Source: Candidatus Sulfomarinibacteraceae bacterium (GTDB lineage: Bacteria > Acidobacteriota > Thermoanaerobaculia > Thermoanaerobaculales > Sulfomarinibacteraceae). Taken from it: a stretch of 64,000 nucleotides of DNA. The stretch is from NCBI GenBank assembly GCA_963823345.1, contig CAWGLE010000013.1:542517-606516 (forward strand), given 5' to 3'. This document shows positions 30,517 through 42,413 of this stretch, one piece after another. Position numbers and translations under genes: made by a program. A model generated the notes under the pieces. It did no database searches. It was not told where the DNA came from and saw only the letters and a program-made list of their open reading frames with translations. Each line of letters starts with the position of its first letter. Position 1 is the first letter of the stretch.

Positions 30517-33454
30517 ATGAACAGCGAGGAGTTTTCCTCGCTGATGCAGCACCGCATCATCGAGATCCTGCTGGTGGCCTCGCACTACGACTCGTTCATC
30601 CTCGAGGAGGACGGCCAGCTCACCGAACTCGTCATCGAGGAGTACCGCAATCTCGACCTCAACCTGAGGTTCGCGCCACGATTCGCCCGCGCCGCTTCGG
30701 CCGCCGAGGCGCTCCGCCTGATCGATGAGCGCGACTTCGACATGGTCATCACCACGCCGCGCATGCCCGACATGGAAATCACCGAGCTGGTCCAGAAGAT
30801 CAAGGCGGCCGAGCCGACCTTACCGGTGGGACTGATCGCCGCTCACGCATGGGAGCTGCCGTGGCTGGAGGGCGTACGATCGAGCGGCGACCTCGACTGG
30901 ACCTTTTTGTGGCAGGGCAACGTGCAGGCCCTGCTCGCGATGATCAAACAGGTCGAGGACCGCCGCAACGCGGAACGCGACATCCTCGAGGGCGGAGTCC
31001 AGGCCATCATCCTGGTCGAGGACGAACCGCGCTTCTACTCGATCTACCTGCCCCACTTCTACACCGAAATCACGAGCCAGACCGGGCGCCTGATGTCGGA
31101 AGGCATCAACCTGTCACACCGCCTGTTGCGGATCCGCGCGCGGCCGAAGATCCTTCTCGCCCAGAATTACGAGGAGGCGTGGGCGCTGTATGAACGCTAC
31201 GCGGGGAACGTGCTCGGGATCATCACCGACGTCAGTTTTCCGCGCGACGGCGTGCTCGACCCGGAGGCGGGGATCCGCCTCGCCGAACGAATCCGAGCTC
31301 TCGACGAGGACATTCCGATTCTCATTCAATCTATGGAGGATGAGCACGCCGAGCAGGCCCTCACGATCGGACGCCGAGTTCATGAGCAAACGCTCGCCGC
31401 AGTTGCTCGAAGGACTCCGGCAGTACATCCTCGACCACTTCGGTTTCGGCGATTTCGTCTTCAAGCTCCCCGACGGCACCGAACTCAAGCGTGCGTCCGG
31501 CATGCGCTCATTTCTGCAGGCACTGGCCGAGGTCCCGGACGAGTCACTGGTTTTCCACGCCGGCCGCAACCACTTCTCAGCCTGGCTCAAGGCACGCACC
31601 GAGTTCGAGCTGGCGACCATGCTCCGTCCCCGCCAGGTGACCGAGTTCGCTACACCCTCGGACCTTCGCACCTTCCTGATCTCGACCATCACCGGCTACC
31701 TGCGCGAGATCCAGCAGCACGTCATCACCGATTTCGACGGCCAGAGGTTCAACGACTTCACCGCCTTCGCGAAGATCGGGTCGGGTTCGCTCGGCGGCAA
31801 GGGCCGCGGTCTCGCCTTCATGCACAAGATCCTCGCCCGCGACCTTCTCGATACCGACCAGGTGGAGATCGCGATTCCGCAGACAGTGGTGCTCGCCTCG
31901 GACCTCTTCGAGGAGTTCCTGGAAAGCAACCGACTGCGCGGGTTCGTCACCCGCTCCGCGGACATGGCGGACCAGCAGGTCCTCGACTACTTCCGGCGCG
32001 CCCGATTCGGACACTCGTTGCGGAGCGACCTGGGCACGTTCCTCGAACGGGTCGCCGATCCCCTGGCCATCCGTTCGTCGAGCATTCTCGAGGACTCGGT
32101 CTACCAGCCCTTCGCCGGCGTCTACGCCACCGTCATGCTGCCCAACAATCACCCATCCCTTGACGTCCGTCTCGCGCAATTGTTGGAGGCGATCAAGGTC
32201 GTGTACGCCTCCACCTTCTTCCAGACCGCGCGGGACTACCTGGAGACCACCCCCTACCGGATCGAAGAAGAACTGATGGCGGTGCTTGTCCAGCGGCTGG
32301 TCGGGAGTCGTCGCGGCGACCGTTTCTACCCGACATTCTCGGGCACCGCCTCGTCCTACAACTTCTATCCGTTCGGCGACATGAAGCCGGAAGACGGTGT
32401 CGCTCAGGTGGCGCTCGGGCTCGGCAAATCGGTGGTGGAGGGTTTCGAGGCGCTTCGTTTCTGTCCGCGCCACCCCGGATCGTTGCCGCAGTTTTCATCC
32501 GTCAAGGACATCCTCCGCAACGCCCAGCGGCGCTTTTACGCGCTCGATCTTTCACGCAACGACGTCATCCCGGACATCAGGACCGACGCCAACCTCCTCC
32601 ACGAGGAAACGATGGAGGCGATCCGCGACGGCTCGGCGACCCACATCGCTTCCACGTACGACCGTGCCAACGACCGGGTCGTCTCGGGTCTCCAACCCGG
32701 CGGCTCGCCGCTGATCACCTTCGACTTTCTGCTCCGCGGGCGGATTATCCCGCTCCCCGATATCCTGACGAAACTGCTCGACACCTGCCAACAGGGGCTC
32801 GCGAGCCCTGCGGAGCTCGAGTTCGCGGCCGACATCGACCCTCGCCTGGGTCACCGGCAGACTTTCAACGTGCTGCAGTTGCGCCCGATGGTCTTCGAGG
32901 ACATGGACGTGGAGGTCGACCTCGACGAGTCGATGGACTCCCGGACGGTCGTTCGCTCCGAGGTGGCCCTCGGGCACGGACGGCGCGAAACCATCTCGGA
33001 TCTCGTGGTGGTGGATCCGCGCCGCATCGACCGTGCCCTCACGGCGGAGGTGGCCGTGGCGATCGAGCGGATCAACCGTCAGCTGCGGCGCGACGGCCGC
33101 CACTCGATTTTGATCGGGCCCGGACGCTGGGGCTCCCGGGACTCGTGGCTCGGGATCCCGGTGACCTGGCCGCAGATCTCCTCGGTCCGCGCGATCGTCG
33201 AAACCGATTTTCTCGACCTCCAGGTGGAGCCGTCCCTCGGGTCGCACTTCTTCCACAATCTCACCTGTTTCGGGGTGGCGTTCTTCGCCGTCCACCAACT
33301 CGAAAGTGCGGGAACCATCAACTGGGAGTGGCTGGATCGCCAGACCGCCCTGGATTCTGCCATGGACGGAACGATCCGCCACATTCGCCTCGACCGACCG
33401 GCCCAGGTCCTGGTCGACGGTTCAACTGGTCGGGGTGTCATTCTCGAGCCGTGA
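30517..33454 (+). CDS. tandem receiver domains + PEP-synthase/PPDK N-terminal ATP-grasp domain protein; apparent frameshift ~31370
   Basis: REC2 motifs IILVEDE..IITDVSFP..ILIQS..FMSK. ATP-grasp motifs LGGKGRGL, LAIRSSSILED..FAGVYAT, MAVLVQ, ALGLGKSVV, ELEFA..LQLRP. C-terminal GPGRWGS..SLGSHFFHNL. Alternative GTG start at 30475. Confidence 0.85.
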
Positions 33455-33465
33455 CGTGACCGTGA

Positions 33466-34954
<1,489 letters not shown>

Positions 34955-34956
<2 letters not shown>

Positions 34957-35013
34957 AACGGCGGCCCATTGAATCCCGAGCTCATTTCGGCGGTCCTTCG
35001 GGGCCGCCGTTTT
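34955..35013 (+). terminator. stem-loop after gdhA
   Basis: AAAACGGCGGCCC ... GGGCCGCCGTTTT inverted repeat followed by T-rich repeats. Confidence 0.55.
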
Positions 35014-35015
35014 CA

Positions 35016-35119
35016 GTTTTGAGTTTTGAATTTTGAGTTTTGAATTCCCATCCATCCAGATCCTGGCCAGTAGGGAATGGTGGCCGTCATTCCGAATTCC
35101 GAATTCCGAATTCCGCATT
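35016..35119. repeat. GTTTTGA and TTCCGAA heptamer arrays between the two gdh genes
   Basis: GTTTTGAGTTTTGAATTTTGAGTTTTGAATT and ATTCCGAATTCCGAATTCCGAATTCCGCATT. Confidence 0.85.
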
Positions 35120-35160
35120 CTGTTGGCGTTGTGCGATCATCGTTGGCAGGAGGATCCACA

Positions 35161-36450
35161 ATGAGCGAATCCGCCTCCTTCAACCCCTTTGCGGATGCCC
35201 GGGCCCAGTTCGACCGCCTGGCCGATCTCATGGGTCTGGATGCCGCGACCCGCGCGCTCCTCCGCACCCCCGCCCACGAGCACCATCTGACGCTCCCGGT
35301 GCGGCTCGACGACGGCTCGGTGGAGGTCTTCCACGGCTTCCGGGTTCAGCACAACGATGCCCGCGGGCCGGCCTGGGGCGGCGTCCGTTTCCACCCGCAG
35401 GAAACCATCGACACCATCCGCGCCCTCGCCATGTGGACGGCATGGAAGACGGCGGTTGTCGACATCCCTCTCGGCGGCAGCATGGGCGGGGTGGTGTGCG
35501 ACCCCCACCGGCTCAGCAACCAGGAGATCGAACGCATCTGCCGCGCGTGGATCCGCCGGGTCGCGCGCACGATCGGCCCCCACCGCGACGTCCCCGCCCC
35601 CGACATGATGACCTCGAGCCAGCACATGACCTGGATGCTCGACGAGTACGAGACGTTGCTCGGCTGCCGGTTACCGGGCGCCATCACCGGCAAGACCCTC
35701 GGCGCCGGCGGGTCGCTCGGCCGCCTCCAGGCGGCCGGGTACGGTCTGGTCTACACCCTTCGTGAAGCCCTCAATGAAATCGGGATGGAACCCGCCAGCA
35801 CGACCGCCAGTGTCCAGGGTTTCGGCACGGTCGGCCAGCACGCGATCGAGCTCTACACCCAGATCGGCGGCACCGTGACCTGTGTTGCGAGCTGGGACGC
35901 AGCGGCCGGCCGCGCCGTGAGCTATCGCAAAAACGACGGCATCGATCTCGCCGAGCTGAAAAGCGCCAGCGACCGTCTCGGGAACATCCAACCGGAGAAG
36001 GCGCGCGCCCTCGGCTATGAGGAGCTCGAGGGCGGGGCCTGGCTGTCTCAGGAGGTCGACATCCTGATTCCGGCCGCCCTCGAAGACCAGATCACCGCCG
36101 CCAACGTCGCGACCATCGACCCGAGGGTCCGAATCCTCGCCGAGGGGGCCAACGGTCCGACATCCGCGGCCGCCGAAGCGGCTCTGATCGAGCGCGGCGT
36201 CTACGTCCTCCCCGACCTCGTGGCCAGCGCGGGCGGCGTGACCTGCTCCTACTTCGAGCAGGTCCAGAGCACCATGAACTACTACTGGCCGCTGTCGGAG
36301 GTGCTGTCGAAGCTCGACCGCAAATTGACCGCAGCCTTCATCGCCATCTCGGATCTCGCGCGCACCAAGAAGCTCTCGATGCGGGACGCGGCCCTGGTGA
36401 TCGCGATCGACAGGGTCGCGGAGCAGTGCCGGGAACGGGGATGGCTCTGA
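35161..36450 (+). CDS. Glu/Leu/Phe/Val dehydrogenase-family protein with degenerate active site (probable pseudo-enzyme / regulatory GDH subunit)
   Basis: GDH fold (FRVQHNDARGP, VPAPD, ITGK, VQGFGTVG, IPAALE, AEGANGP, AGGVTCSYFE), but GPAWGG and GGSMGG replace the GPxKGG and GGxKGG lysines. RBS AGGAGG. Confidence 0.88.
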   Translation: MSESASFNPFADARAQFDRLADLMGLDAATRALLRTPAHEHHLTLPVRLDDGSVEVFHGFRVQHNDARGPAWGGVRFHPQETIDTIRALAMWTAWKTAVVDIPLGGSMGGVVCDPHRLSNQEIERICRAWIRRVARTIGPHRDVPAPDMMTSSQHMTWMLDEYETLLGCRLPGAITGKTLGAGGSLGRLQAAGYGLVYTLREALNEIGMEPASTTASVQGFGTVGQHAIELYTQIGGTVTCVASWDAAAGRAVSYRKNDGIDLAELKSASDRLGNIQPEKARALGYEELEGGAWLSQEVDILIPAALEDQITAANVATIDPRVRILAEGANGPTSAAAEAALIERGVYVLPDLVASAGGVTCSYFEQVQSTMNYYWPLSEVLSKLDRKLTAAFIAISDLARTKKLSMRDAALVIAIDRVAEQCRERGWL

Positions 36451-36451
36451 A

Positions 36452-36553
36452 TGAGTTTTGAGTTTTTAGTTTTGAGTTTTGAGTTTCGGACCGTCATTCG
36501 AGGGCCGCTGAACGGCTTTCCGACTCAAAACTCAAAACTCAAAACTCAAAACT
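36452..36553. repeat. inverted heptamer arrays (GAGTTTT)n ... (AAAACTC)n
   Basis: TGAGTTTTGAGTTTTTAGTTTTGAGTTTTGAGTTTCGGA ... TCCGACTCAAAACTCAAAACTCAAAACTCAAAACT. Confidence 0.9.
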
Positions 36554-36611
36554 TCTTTCTGACCGCGCGTGAACTCCACGCCCCTCCCGCCGTTGGTGAA
36601 CGGCCCGGCCG

Positions 36612-38351
36612 ATGAAGCAGGGATCGTTGCCGCGGTTTGACCGCACGTTTTTTGAGAGAGCAGATCCTCTGACCGTGATTGGCGAAGGCGAGCTTGGGGG
36701 GAAGGCCTCCGGATTACGCCAGGTTCACGAGGACATCCTGTCGCGGCTCGGCGCGGACGAGTTCCCGTACATCGAGGTCGGGGTGCCGAAGGCGGTCATC
36801 CTGACGACCGATGTCTTCGACCGTTTCATCGAGCGCAACGATCTCGCCTGGCCGGCCCTCTCCGATCTCCCCGACGACCGCATCGGCCACGCCTTCCAGC
36901 AGGCCGAGCTGCCGGCCGAGATCCTGGGCGACCTGCGGGCCCTGATCTCCGGAGTCCACGCCCCGCTCGCGGTGCGTTCCTCGAGCCTGCTCGAGGATGC
37001 GCTCGACCACCCGTTCGCCGGCGTCTACGGCACCAAGATGATCCCCAACAACGAGATCGAGGAGGATGCCCGTTTCACCCGGCTGGTGGAAGCCATCCGC
37101 TTCGTCTACGCGACCACGTTTTTTGCCGAGGCCAGGGCCTACACGGCATCCATCGGCCGGCCGGTGGGCGACGAGAAGATGGCCGTCATCATCCAGGAGG
37201 TCGTCGGTCAACGCGCCGACTGCCGTTTCTATCCGTGTGTGTCGGGAGTCGCCCGTTCGCACAACTTCTACCCCACGGGGCACGCCAAACCGTCGGACGG
37301 CGTCGTCAGTCTCGCGCTCGGGCTCGGCAAGACCATCGTCGACGGCGGGCGGAGCTGGTCGTACTCGCCGGCCTGGCCCAAGGCGCCACCGCCATTCATG
37401 GACACCGGCGAGCTGCTCAAGAACACCCAGACCCGGTTCTGGGCTGTCAACATGGGCGAACCTCCCCCGCACGACCCGATCCGCGAAACCGAGCACCTGC
37501 TGCACTGCGGGCTCGCCGAGGCGGAGGCGGACGGTGCGCTGCGCTACCTGGTTTCCACCTACGATGCCGGCTCCGACCGGCTCAACCCGGGACTCGATGC
37601 GCGGGGCCCGCGGGCTCTGACATTCGCGCCGATCCTCGGTTCCCGGCTGATGCCGTTCAACGCGCTCATCCGGCGGCTGCTGGATCTCTCGGAAGAGGTC
37701 CTCGAGTCACCGGTCGAGATCGAGTTCGCGATCAATCTCGACCGCAGGGAGGCGCTGCCCGCCCGCCTCGGATTTCTCCAGGTCCGGCCGATGATGGTCG
37801 CGGGCGAACGGGTCGACGTCACGGCTGACGATCTGCTCGGCGACGATGTCCTGCTGGCGACCGACAAGGCCCTGGGGAACGGGGCCCGGGGCGATCTCGT
37901 CGACGTCGTGTTCATCCGGCCGGAGGCGTTCGACCCGGCGGCCACGCCGCAGATCGCCAGGGAGCTCGAACAGATCAACCACGAACTGGTGGCGGCCGGG
38001 CGCAACTACGTACTGATCGGCTTCGGGCGGTGGGGCACCTCCGACCCGCCCCTCGGGATCCCGGTGGCGTGGGGCCAGATCAGCGGCGCCAGGGTGATCG
38101 TCGAAGCGACCCTGCCGGACGTCCAACCGGACCTCAGCCAGGGCTCGCACTTCTTCCACAACCTGCTCAGCTTCCAGGTGCTCTACCTTTCGGTCGAGCA
38201 CCACGGACCGTACCGGATCGACTGGCCGTGGCTGACCTCGCAACCCGTGGCAGAATCGGCGGCACACGTTACCCATGTGCGGCTCAAATCGCCGCTGTCG
38301 GTGCGGGTCGACGGCGCAACCGGCCGAGGAGTGATTTCAACCCATGACTGA
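36612..38351 (+). CDS. stand-alone PEP-synthase/PPDK N-terminal ATP-grasp domain protein
   Basis: Motifs LGGKASGL, LAVRSSSLLED..FAGVYGT, MAVIIQ, ALGLGKTIV, EIEFA..LQVRP, GFGRWGT..SQGSHFFHNL. No pyruvate-binding barrel. Confidence 0.88.
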   Translation: MKQGSLPRFDRTFFERADPLTVIGEGELGGKASGLRQVHEDILSRLGADEFPYIEVGVPKAVILTTDVFDRFIERNDLAWPALSDLPDDRIGHAFQQAELPAEILGDLRALISGVHAPLAVRSSSLLEDALDHPFAGVYGTKMIPNNEIEEDARFTRLVEAIRFVYATTFFAEARAYTASIGRPVGDEKMAVIIQEVVGQRADCRFYPCVSGVARSHNFYPTGHAKPSDGVVSLALGLGKTIVDGGRSWSYSPAWPKAPPPFMDTGELLKNTQTRFWAVNMGEPPPHDPIRETEHLLHCGLAEAEADGALRYLVSTYDAGSDRLNPGLDARGPRALTFAPILGSRLMPFNALIRRLLDLSEEVLESPVEIEFAINLDRREALPARLGFLQVRPMMVAGERVDVTADDLLGDDVLLATDKALGNGARGDLVDVVFIRPEAFDPAATPQIARELEQINHELVAAGRNYVLIGFGRWGTSDPPLGIPVAWGQISGARVIVEATLPDVQPDLSQGSHFFHNLLSFQVLYLSVEHHGPYRIDWPWLTSQPVAESAAHVTHVRLKSPLSVRVDGATGRGVISTHD

Positions 38352-41300
38352 CCGTGACGTCGACAAGTTGCTGACCTCCCTCCAGGAACGCGCCAAGGAG
38401 CTCAACTGTCTTTACGAGGTCGAGCAGATCCTCGCGCGGCTCGACCTCCCGCTCGCTGACGCCTTCCAAAAAGTCGTCGAAGTCATCCCTCCGGGCTGGC
38501 AGTACCCGGACGTCTGCCGGGCGATGATCGAGCACAACGGCAAAGTCTACACGCAGGAGGAGTTCCGGCCGACTCCGTGGGTGCAATCGAGCGACATCGT
38601 GGTTCAGGGCGCCGTGGTCGGCGGTCTCAGCGTCTGGTACACCCAGGAGAGGCCCAAGGAGGACATCGGCCCATTTCTGAACGAAGAGGATCGCCTCATT
38701 CGAACCATCGCCGAGCGTCTCGGCCAGAGCATCCTCTTTCACCGGATGTACGAGACGCGGCTGAAATGGGAGGAGGCCAACCGCGAGCTCGCCGCTGAGA
38801 AGGAAGACCGGTGGCGGGCGCCCATCGAACTGTTGCGGCGCTCTGACCGCGAGCTCTATCTCCGCATCGCCCGCAAGATGGTCAACCATCTGTGCTGGGC
38901 CGGCGTCGAAGGCGCCCAGGAGTTACTGCAGGAGATCTATGGCTTGACGGACGACGAGGGAGTCCGCGACTTGAACGTTCCGGCGCGTTCGCGGATGCTC
39001 AACGAGAAAGTCCTGTTGTCCGGCAAACCCTTCGAACTGGCGCGGCGTTACCTCGGCTCGGACGTGCTGATTTCACTGACCCAGAACTGGGTGATGGAGG
39101 ACAAGGCGAGCTTCCTTCCTGCCGTCCTCAACAACCCGCGATCCTCGCTGTCGGAGGTGGCCGGTGCCGTCCGTCGTTTTCACCACCTCCTCGCCGACGA
39201 TACCGTACTTTCCGCAGCCACCCTCGACCGGATTCACGTCGGGCTGATCCGCCGCTTCCTCACCGATCAGCTGCACTTCATCTCGGTGGCAAAGAAGTAC
39301 ATCCGGACCGAGGACTTCATCGAACTCATCGACCGGGTGGTCCAGTCCGACGCGAGCCACGGCAGGCTCGGCGGTAAGAGCGCCGGGCTGTTCCTCGCCG
39401 AGGCCATCCTGCGCCGTGACGGGTCAAAGGACCGCCCGATCGGGGAAGTCAAAGTCCCGCGCAGCTGGTACGTCGCGTCCGAGGGTCTCATGCGGTTCAT
39501 CGAGTTCAACGATCTCGATGAAGTACCGCAGCAGAAGTACCGCGAGACGTCGCAGGTACGGCAGGAGTTTTCCAACATCATCCAGCTGTTCAAGAACTCA
39601 CGATTCCCGCCGGAGATCGTCAAGGGTGTGTCGATGATCCTCGACGAGGTCGGTGACAGGCCCCTCATCGTGCGGTCTTCGAGCCTGCTCGAGGACCGGA
39701 TGGGATCGGCGTTTTCCGGCAAGTACCGCAGCCTGTTCATCGCCAACCAGGGCACCAAGAACGAGCGAATGCGGGCCATTCTCGACGCCATGACGGAGGT
39801 CTACGCCTCGGTCTTCGGGCCGGACCCCATCGCCTACCGGCGCGAGCGGGGGCTTCTCGATTTTCACGAGGAGATGGGGATCCTGGTCCAGGAGGTCGTC
39901 GGCACCCGTCTCGGGAACTACTACCTCCCGGCAGTGGCCGGAGTGGCGTTTTCCAACAACGAGTTCCGGTGGTCGCCGCGCATCCGGCGCTCGGACGGGC
40001 TGATCCGGATGGTTCCGGGGTTGGGGACCCGTGCCGTCGACCGGGTCGGCGACGACTACCCGATCCTCGCGGTGCCAGGCCAACCGGGACTCCGGGTCAA
40101 CACGACGATCGACGAGGTGATCCGCTACTCACCCCGCTCCGTCGATGTCATCAACCTCGAGACCAACTCCTTCGAGACGGTCGAACTCAGGGAGCTCCTG
40201 CGCTCGCATGGCACCGAGTTCCCGGCGTTTGAAAACGTCTTCTCGGTGCTCAAGGACGACGTCCTCCACAAACCGGTCAAGCTCCTCGTCGACACCGCCC
40301 GCGACAACCTGGTGGCCGACCTCGGGGGGTTGATCGGCTCGACGCCTTTCGTTCAGCACGTGGGAAACATCCTCCGCATCCTCGAAGCGGCCCTCGGCAC
40401 GCCGGTCGACATCGAGTTCGCCCACGACGGGCGCGACTTCTACCTCCTGCAGTGCCGTCCGCAGAGCTTCGCCGCCGAGGACGCCCCGGCGCCGATCCCC
40501 AAGGACGTGCTGGAGGAGGACACGCTGTTTGCAGCCCACCGATACGTCTCCAACGGCCGGGTGCCGGACATCACCCACGTGGTCTACGTGAACCCGGAGA
40601 GCTACGCCGGCCTGCGCAACCGCTCCGACCTCGTGGCGGTCGGTGAAGCGGTCGGCAAGCTCAACAAGCTGCTGCCCAAACGCCAGTTCATCCTCATGGG
40701 CCCGGGCCGGTGGGGCAGCCGCGGCGATATCCGGCTCGGCGTCAATGTCGGCTACTCCGACATCAACAACACCGCGATGCTGATCGAGATCGCCCGCCAG
40801 ACCGGAGATTACCTGCCCGATCTGAGCTTCGGGACCCACTTCTTCCAGGACCTCGTCGAGTCGGCGATCCGCTACCTGCCGCTCTACCCGGACGCCGACA
40901 GCACGCTCAACCTCCGCCTGCTCCACGCCTCCCCGAATCTTCTCGGCGCCATGCTGCCGGAGTATGCCCACCTCGCCGACTGCATCCGCGTCGTCGACAT
41001 CCCAGGCGCCAGCGGCGGGCGCGTGCTGCGGGTCCTCATGAACTCCGACCTCGACGAGGCGATCGGGATGCTCGCATCCCCGGAACAACGCGTGACCGAA
41101 ATCAGCCCCGGGAGCATGGGGAAGATCCCGCCCAACCCGGAGGGGTTCTGGAGGTGGCGTATGCAGATGGCCGAGCATATCGCGCACGAACTCGACCCGG
41201 ACCGTTTCGGCGTCGCCGCGATGTACGTGCTCGGCAGCACCAAGAACGCCAGCGCGGGGCCCGCCAGCGACATCGACCTCCTGCTCCACCACCGGGGCAC

Positions 41301-41520
41301 GCCGGAGCAACGCCACGATCTCGAGATCTGGCTGCAGGGGTGGAGCCTCGCCCTCGGCAAGGTGAACTACCTCCGCACCGGTTACACGAACCCCGAGCTG
41401 CTCGACGTGCACATCATCACCGACGACGACATCGCGCAGCGGACCTCGTTTGCCGCCAAGATCGACGCCGTCACCGACGCTGCCCTCGAGCTGCCCCTCG
41501 GGCCCCGCACTCGGGATTGA
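38344..41520 (+). CDS. GAF-like + PEP-synthase/PPDK ATP-grasp + C-terminal nucleotidyltransferase domain protein
   Basis: N-terminal LQERAKELNCLY..IPPGWQYP..GPFLNEE. ATP-grasp LGGKSAGL, IVRSSSLLED..FSGKY, DIEFA..LQCRP. GPGRWGS..SFGTHFFQDL. C-terminal LGSTKNASAGPASDIDL..LDVH. Overlaps the upstream gene by 8 bp. Confidence 0.88.
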   Translation: MTDRDVDKLLTSLQERAKELNCLYEVEQILARLDLPLADAFQKVVEVIPPGWQYPDVCRAMIEHNGKVYTQEEFRPTPWVQSSDIVVQGAVVGGLSVWYTQERPKEDIGPFLNEEDRLIRTIAERLGQSILFHRMYETRLKWEEANRELAAEKEDRWRAPIELLRRSDRELYLRIARKMVNHLCWAGVEGAQELLQEIYGLTDDEGVRDLNVPARSRMLNEKVLLSGKPFELARRYLGSDVLISLTQNWVMEDKASFLPAVLNNPRSSLSEVAGAVRRFHHLLADDTVLSAATLDRIHVGLIRRFLTDQLHFISVAKKYIRTEDFIELIDRVVQSDASHGRLGGKSAGLFLAEAILRRDGSKDRPIGEVKVPRSWYVASEGLMRFIEFNDLDEVPQQKYRETSQVRQEFSNIIQLFKNSRFPPEIVKGVSMILDEVGDRPLIVRSSSLLEDRMGSAFSGKYRSLFIANQGTKNERMRAILDAMTEVYASVFGPDPIAYRRERGLLDFHEEMGILVQEVVGTRLGNYYLPAVAGVAFSNNEFRWSPRIRRSDGLIRMVPGLGTRAVDRVGDDYPILAVPGQPGLRVNTTIDEVIRYSPRSVDVINLETNSFETVELRELLRSHGTEFPAFENVFSVLKDDVLHKPVKLLVDTARDNLVADLGGLIGSTPFVQHVGNILRILEAALGTPVDIEFAHDGRDFYLLQCRPQSFAAEDAPAPIPKDVLEEDTLFAAHRYVSNGRVPDITHVVYVNPESYAGLRNRSDLVAVGEAVGKLNKLLPKRQFILMGPGRWGSRGDIRLGVNVGYSDINNTAMLIEIARQTGDYLPDLSFGTHFFQDLVESAIRYLPLYPDADSTLNLRLLHASPNLLGAMLPEYAHLADCIRVVDIPGASGGRVLRVLMNSDLDEAIGMLASPEQRVTEISPGSMGKIPPNPEGFWRWRMQMAEHIAHELDPDRFGVAAMYVLGSTKNASAGPASDIDLLLHHRGTPEQRHDLEIWLQGWSLALGKVNYLRTGYTNPELLDVHIITDDDIAQRTSFAAKIDAVTDAALELPLGPRTRD

Positions 41521-41521
41521 G

Positions 41522-42379
41522 CTACAGCAGCTCCCTCGACGCGGATTCGAGATCGTCGGGATCGAACCGCACGACGGCGAGCTCCGGACCGTCGTGGGCC
41601 GCGGTCAGGCAGTGGGTGCGGCCGATCAGGGTGCGCCAGACTCCGGTGAGCCTCGGTGCCTCGTGAATGTGGCCGTGGAGGGTGAGGAGGGGCTGGCGCG
41701 CCTCGATGAAACGCTGTATCGCGATGCTCCCCACGTGGACGTCCACCGGCACGTGGTCGACCATGCGGCCGTCGAGCGCCGCCCGGTCGAGTGACGTCCC
41801 GTACGGCGGTGAGTGAAAAAGCAGGATCGCCCGCTCGAAATCACGGCCTTCGGCGAGGCGTTCGAGATCCCCCGCGATGGTCCCGAAGCGCACGCTGTCC
41901 GGATTCACCGGAACCGTTCTCACCCCCCGTTCCGGTGACACGCACCCTGGATCGGTGAAACGCGAGACGTCATAGCGCTCCCAATCCTTGAGTTGGAACG
42001 GCGTCGGCGGCACGCAGGCATAGCCGAGCACCGGAAAGGCGCCGACGGTATGCCACCGCTCGTGGCCGTAGGTCCACAACCCCCGGGCGTCTCCGTCGAT
42101 GAACTGCGGTTCGCTGGCCCGGTCATCGTCGTTCCCGAGAACCAGAACGACCGGGGGATACCCCGTCCCCATCGTCGATCTGAGCCTGCGAAACCCGGCC
42201 GCCAGCACGTCAGGGATGAAATCTCCTGCACCGGGGACCGCACCGCGGTGGTGGGGCAGAAGGTCCCCGCCCAGGAAAACCGCGGCCGGCCGCTCGAACT
42301 CGATCAACGACCACAGCTTCTGATATCGATCGGGCCTGCCGTGCAGATCCGATACGAACACGCACCCCGTCTCGGTCAC
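41522..42379 (-). CDS. calcineurin-like metallophosphoesterase (Icc-related)
   Basis: Motifs SDLHG, LGGDL, LGNDD, FHSPP, LHGHIHE. Confidence 0.9.
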   Translation of the reverse strand: MTETGCVFVSDLHGRPDRYQKLWSLIEFERPAAVFLGGDLLPHHRGAVPGAGDFIPDVLAAGFRRLRSTMGTGYPPVVLVLGNDDDRASEPQFIDGDARGLWTYGHERWHTVGAFPVLGYACVPPTPFQLKDWERYDVSRFTDPGCVSPERGVRTVPVNPDSVRFGTIAGDLERLAEGRDFERAILLFHSPPYGTSLDRAALDGRMVDHVPVDVHVGSIAIQRFIEARQPLLTLHGHIHEAPRLTGVWRTLIGRTHCLTAAHDGPELAVVRFDPDDLESASRELL

Positions 42380-42413
42380 CGTGTGTCCTCGTCGTCGGTG
42401 GCGGCCGGCGATC

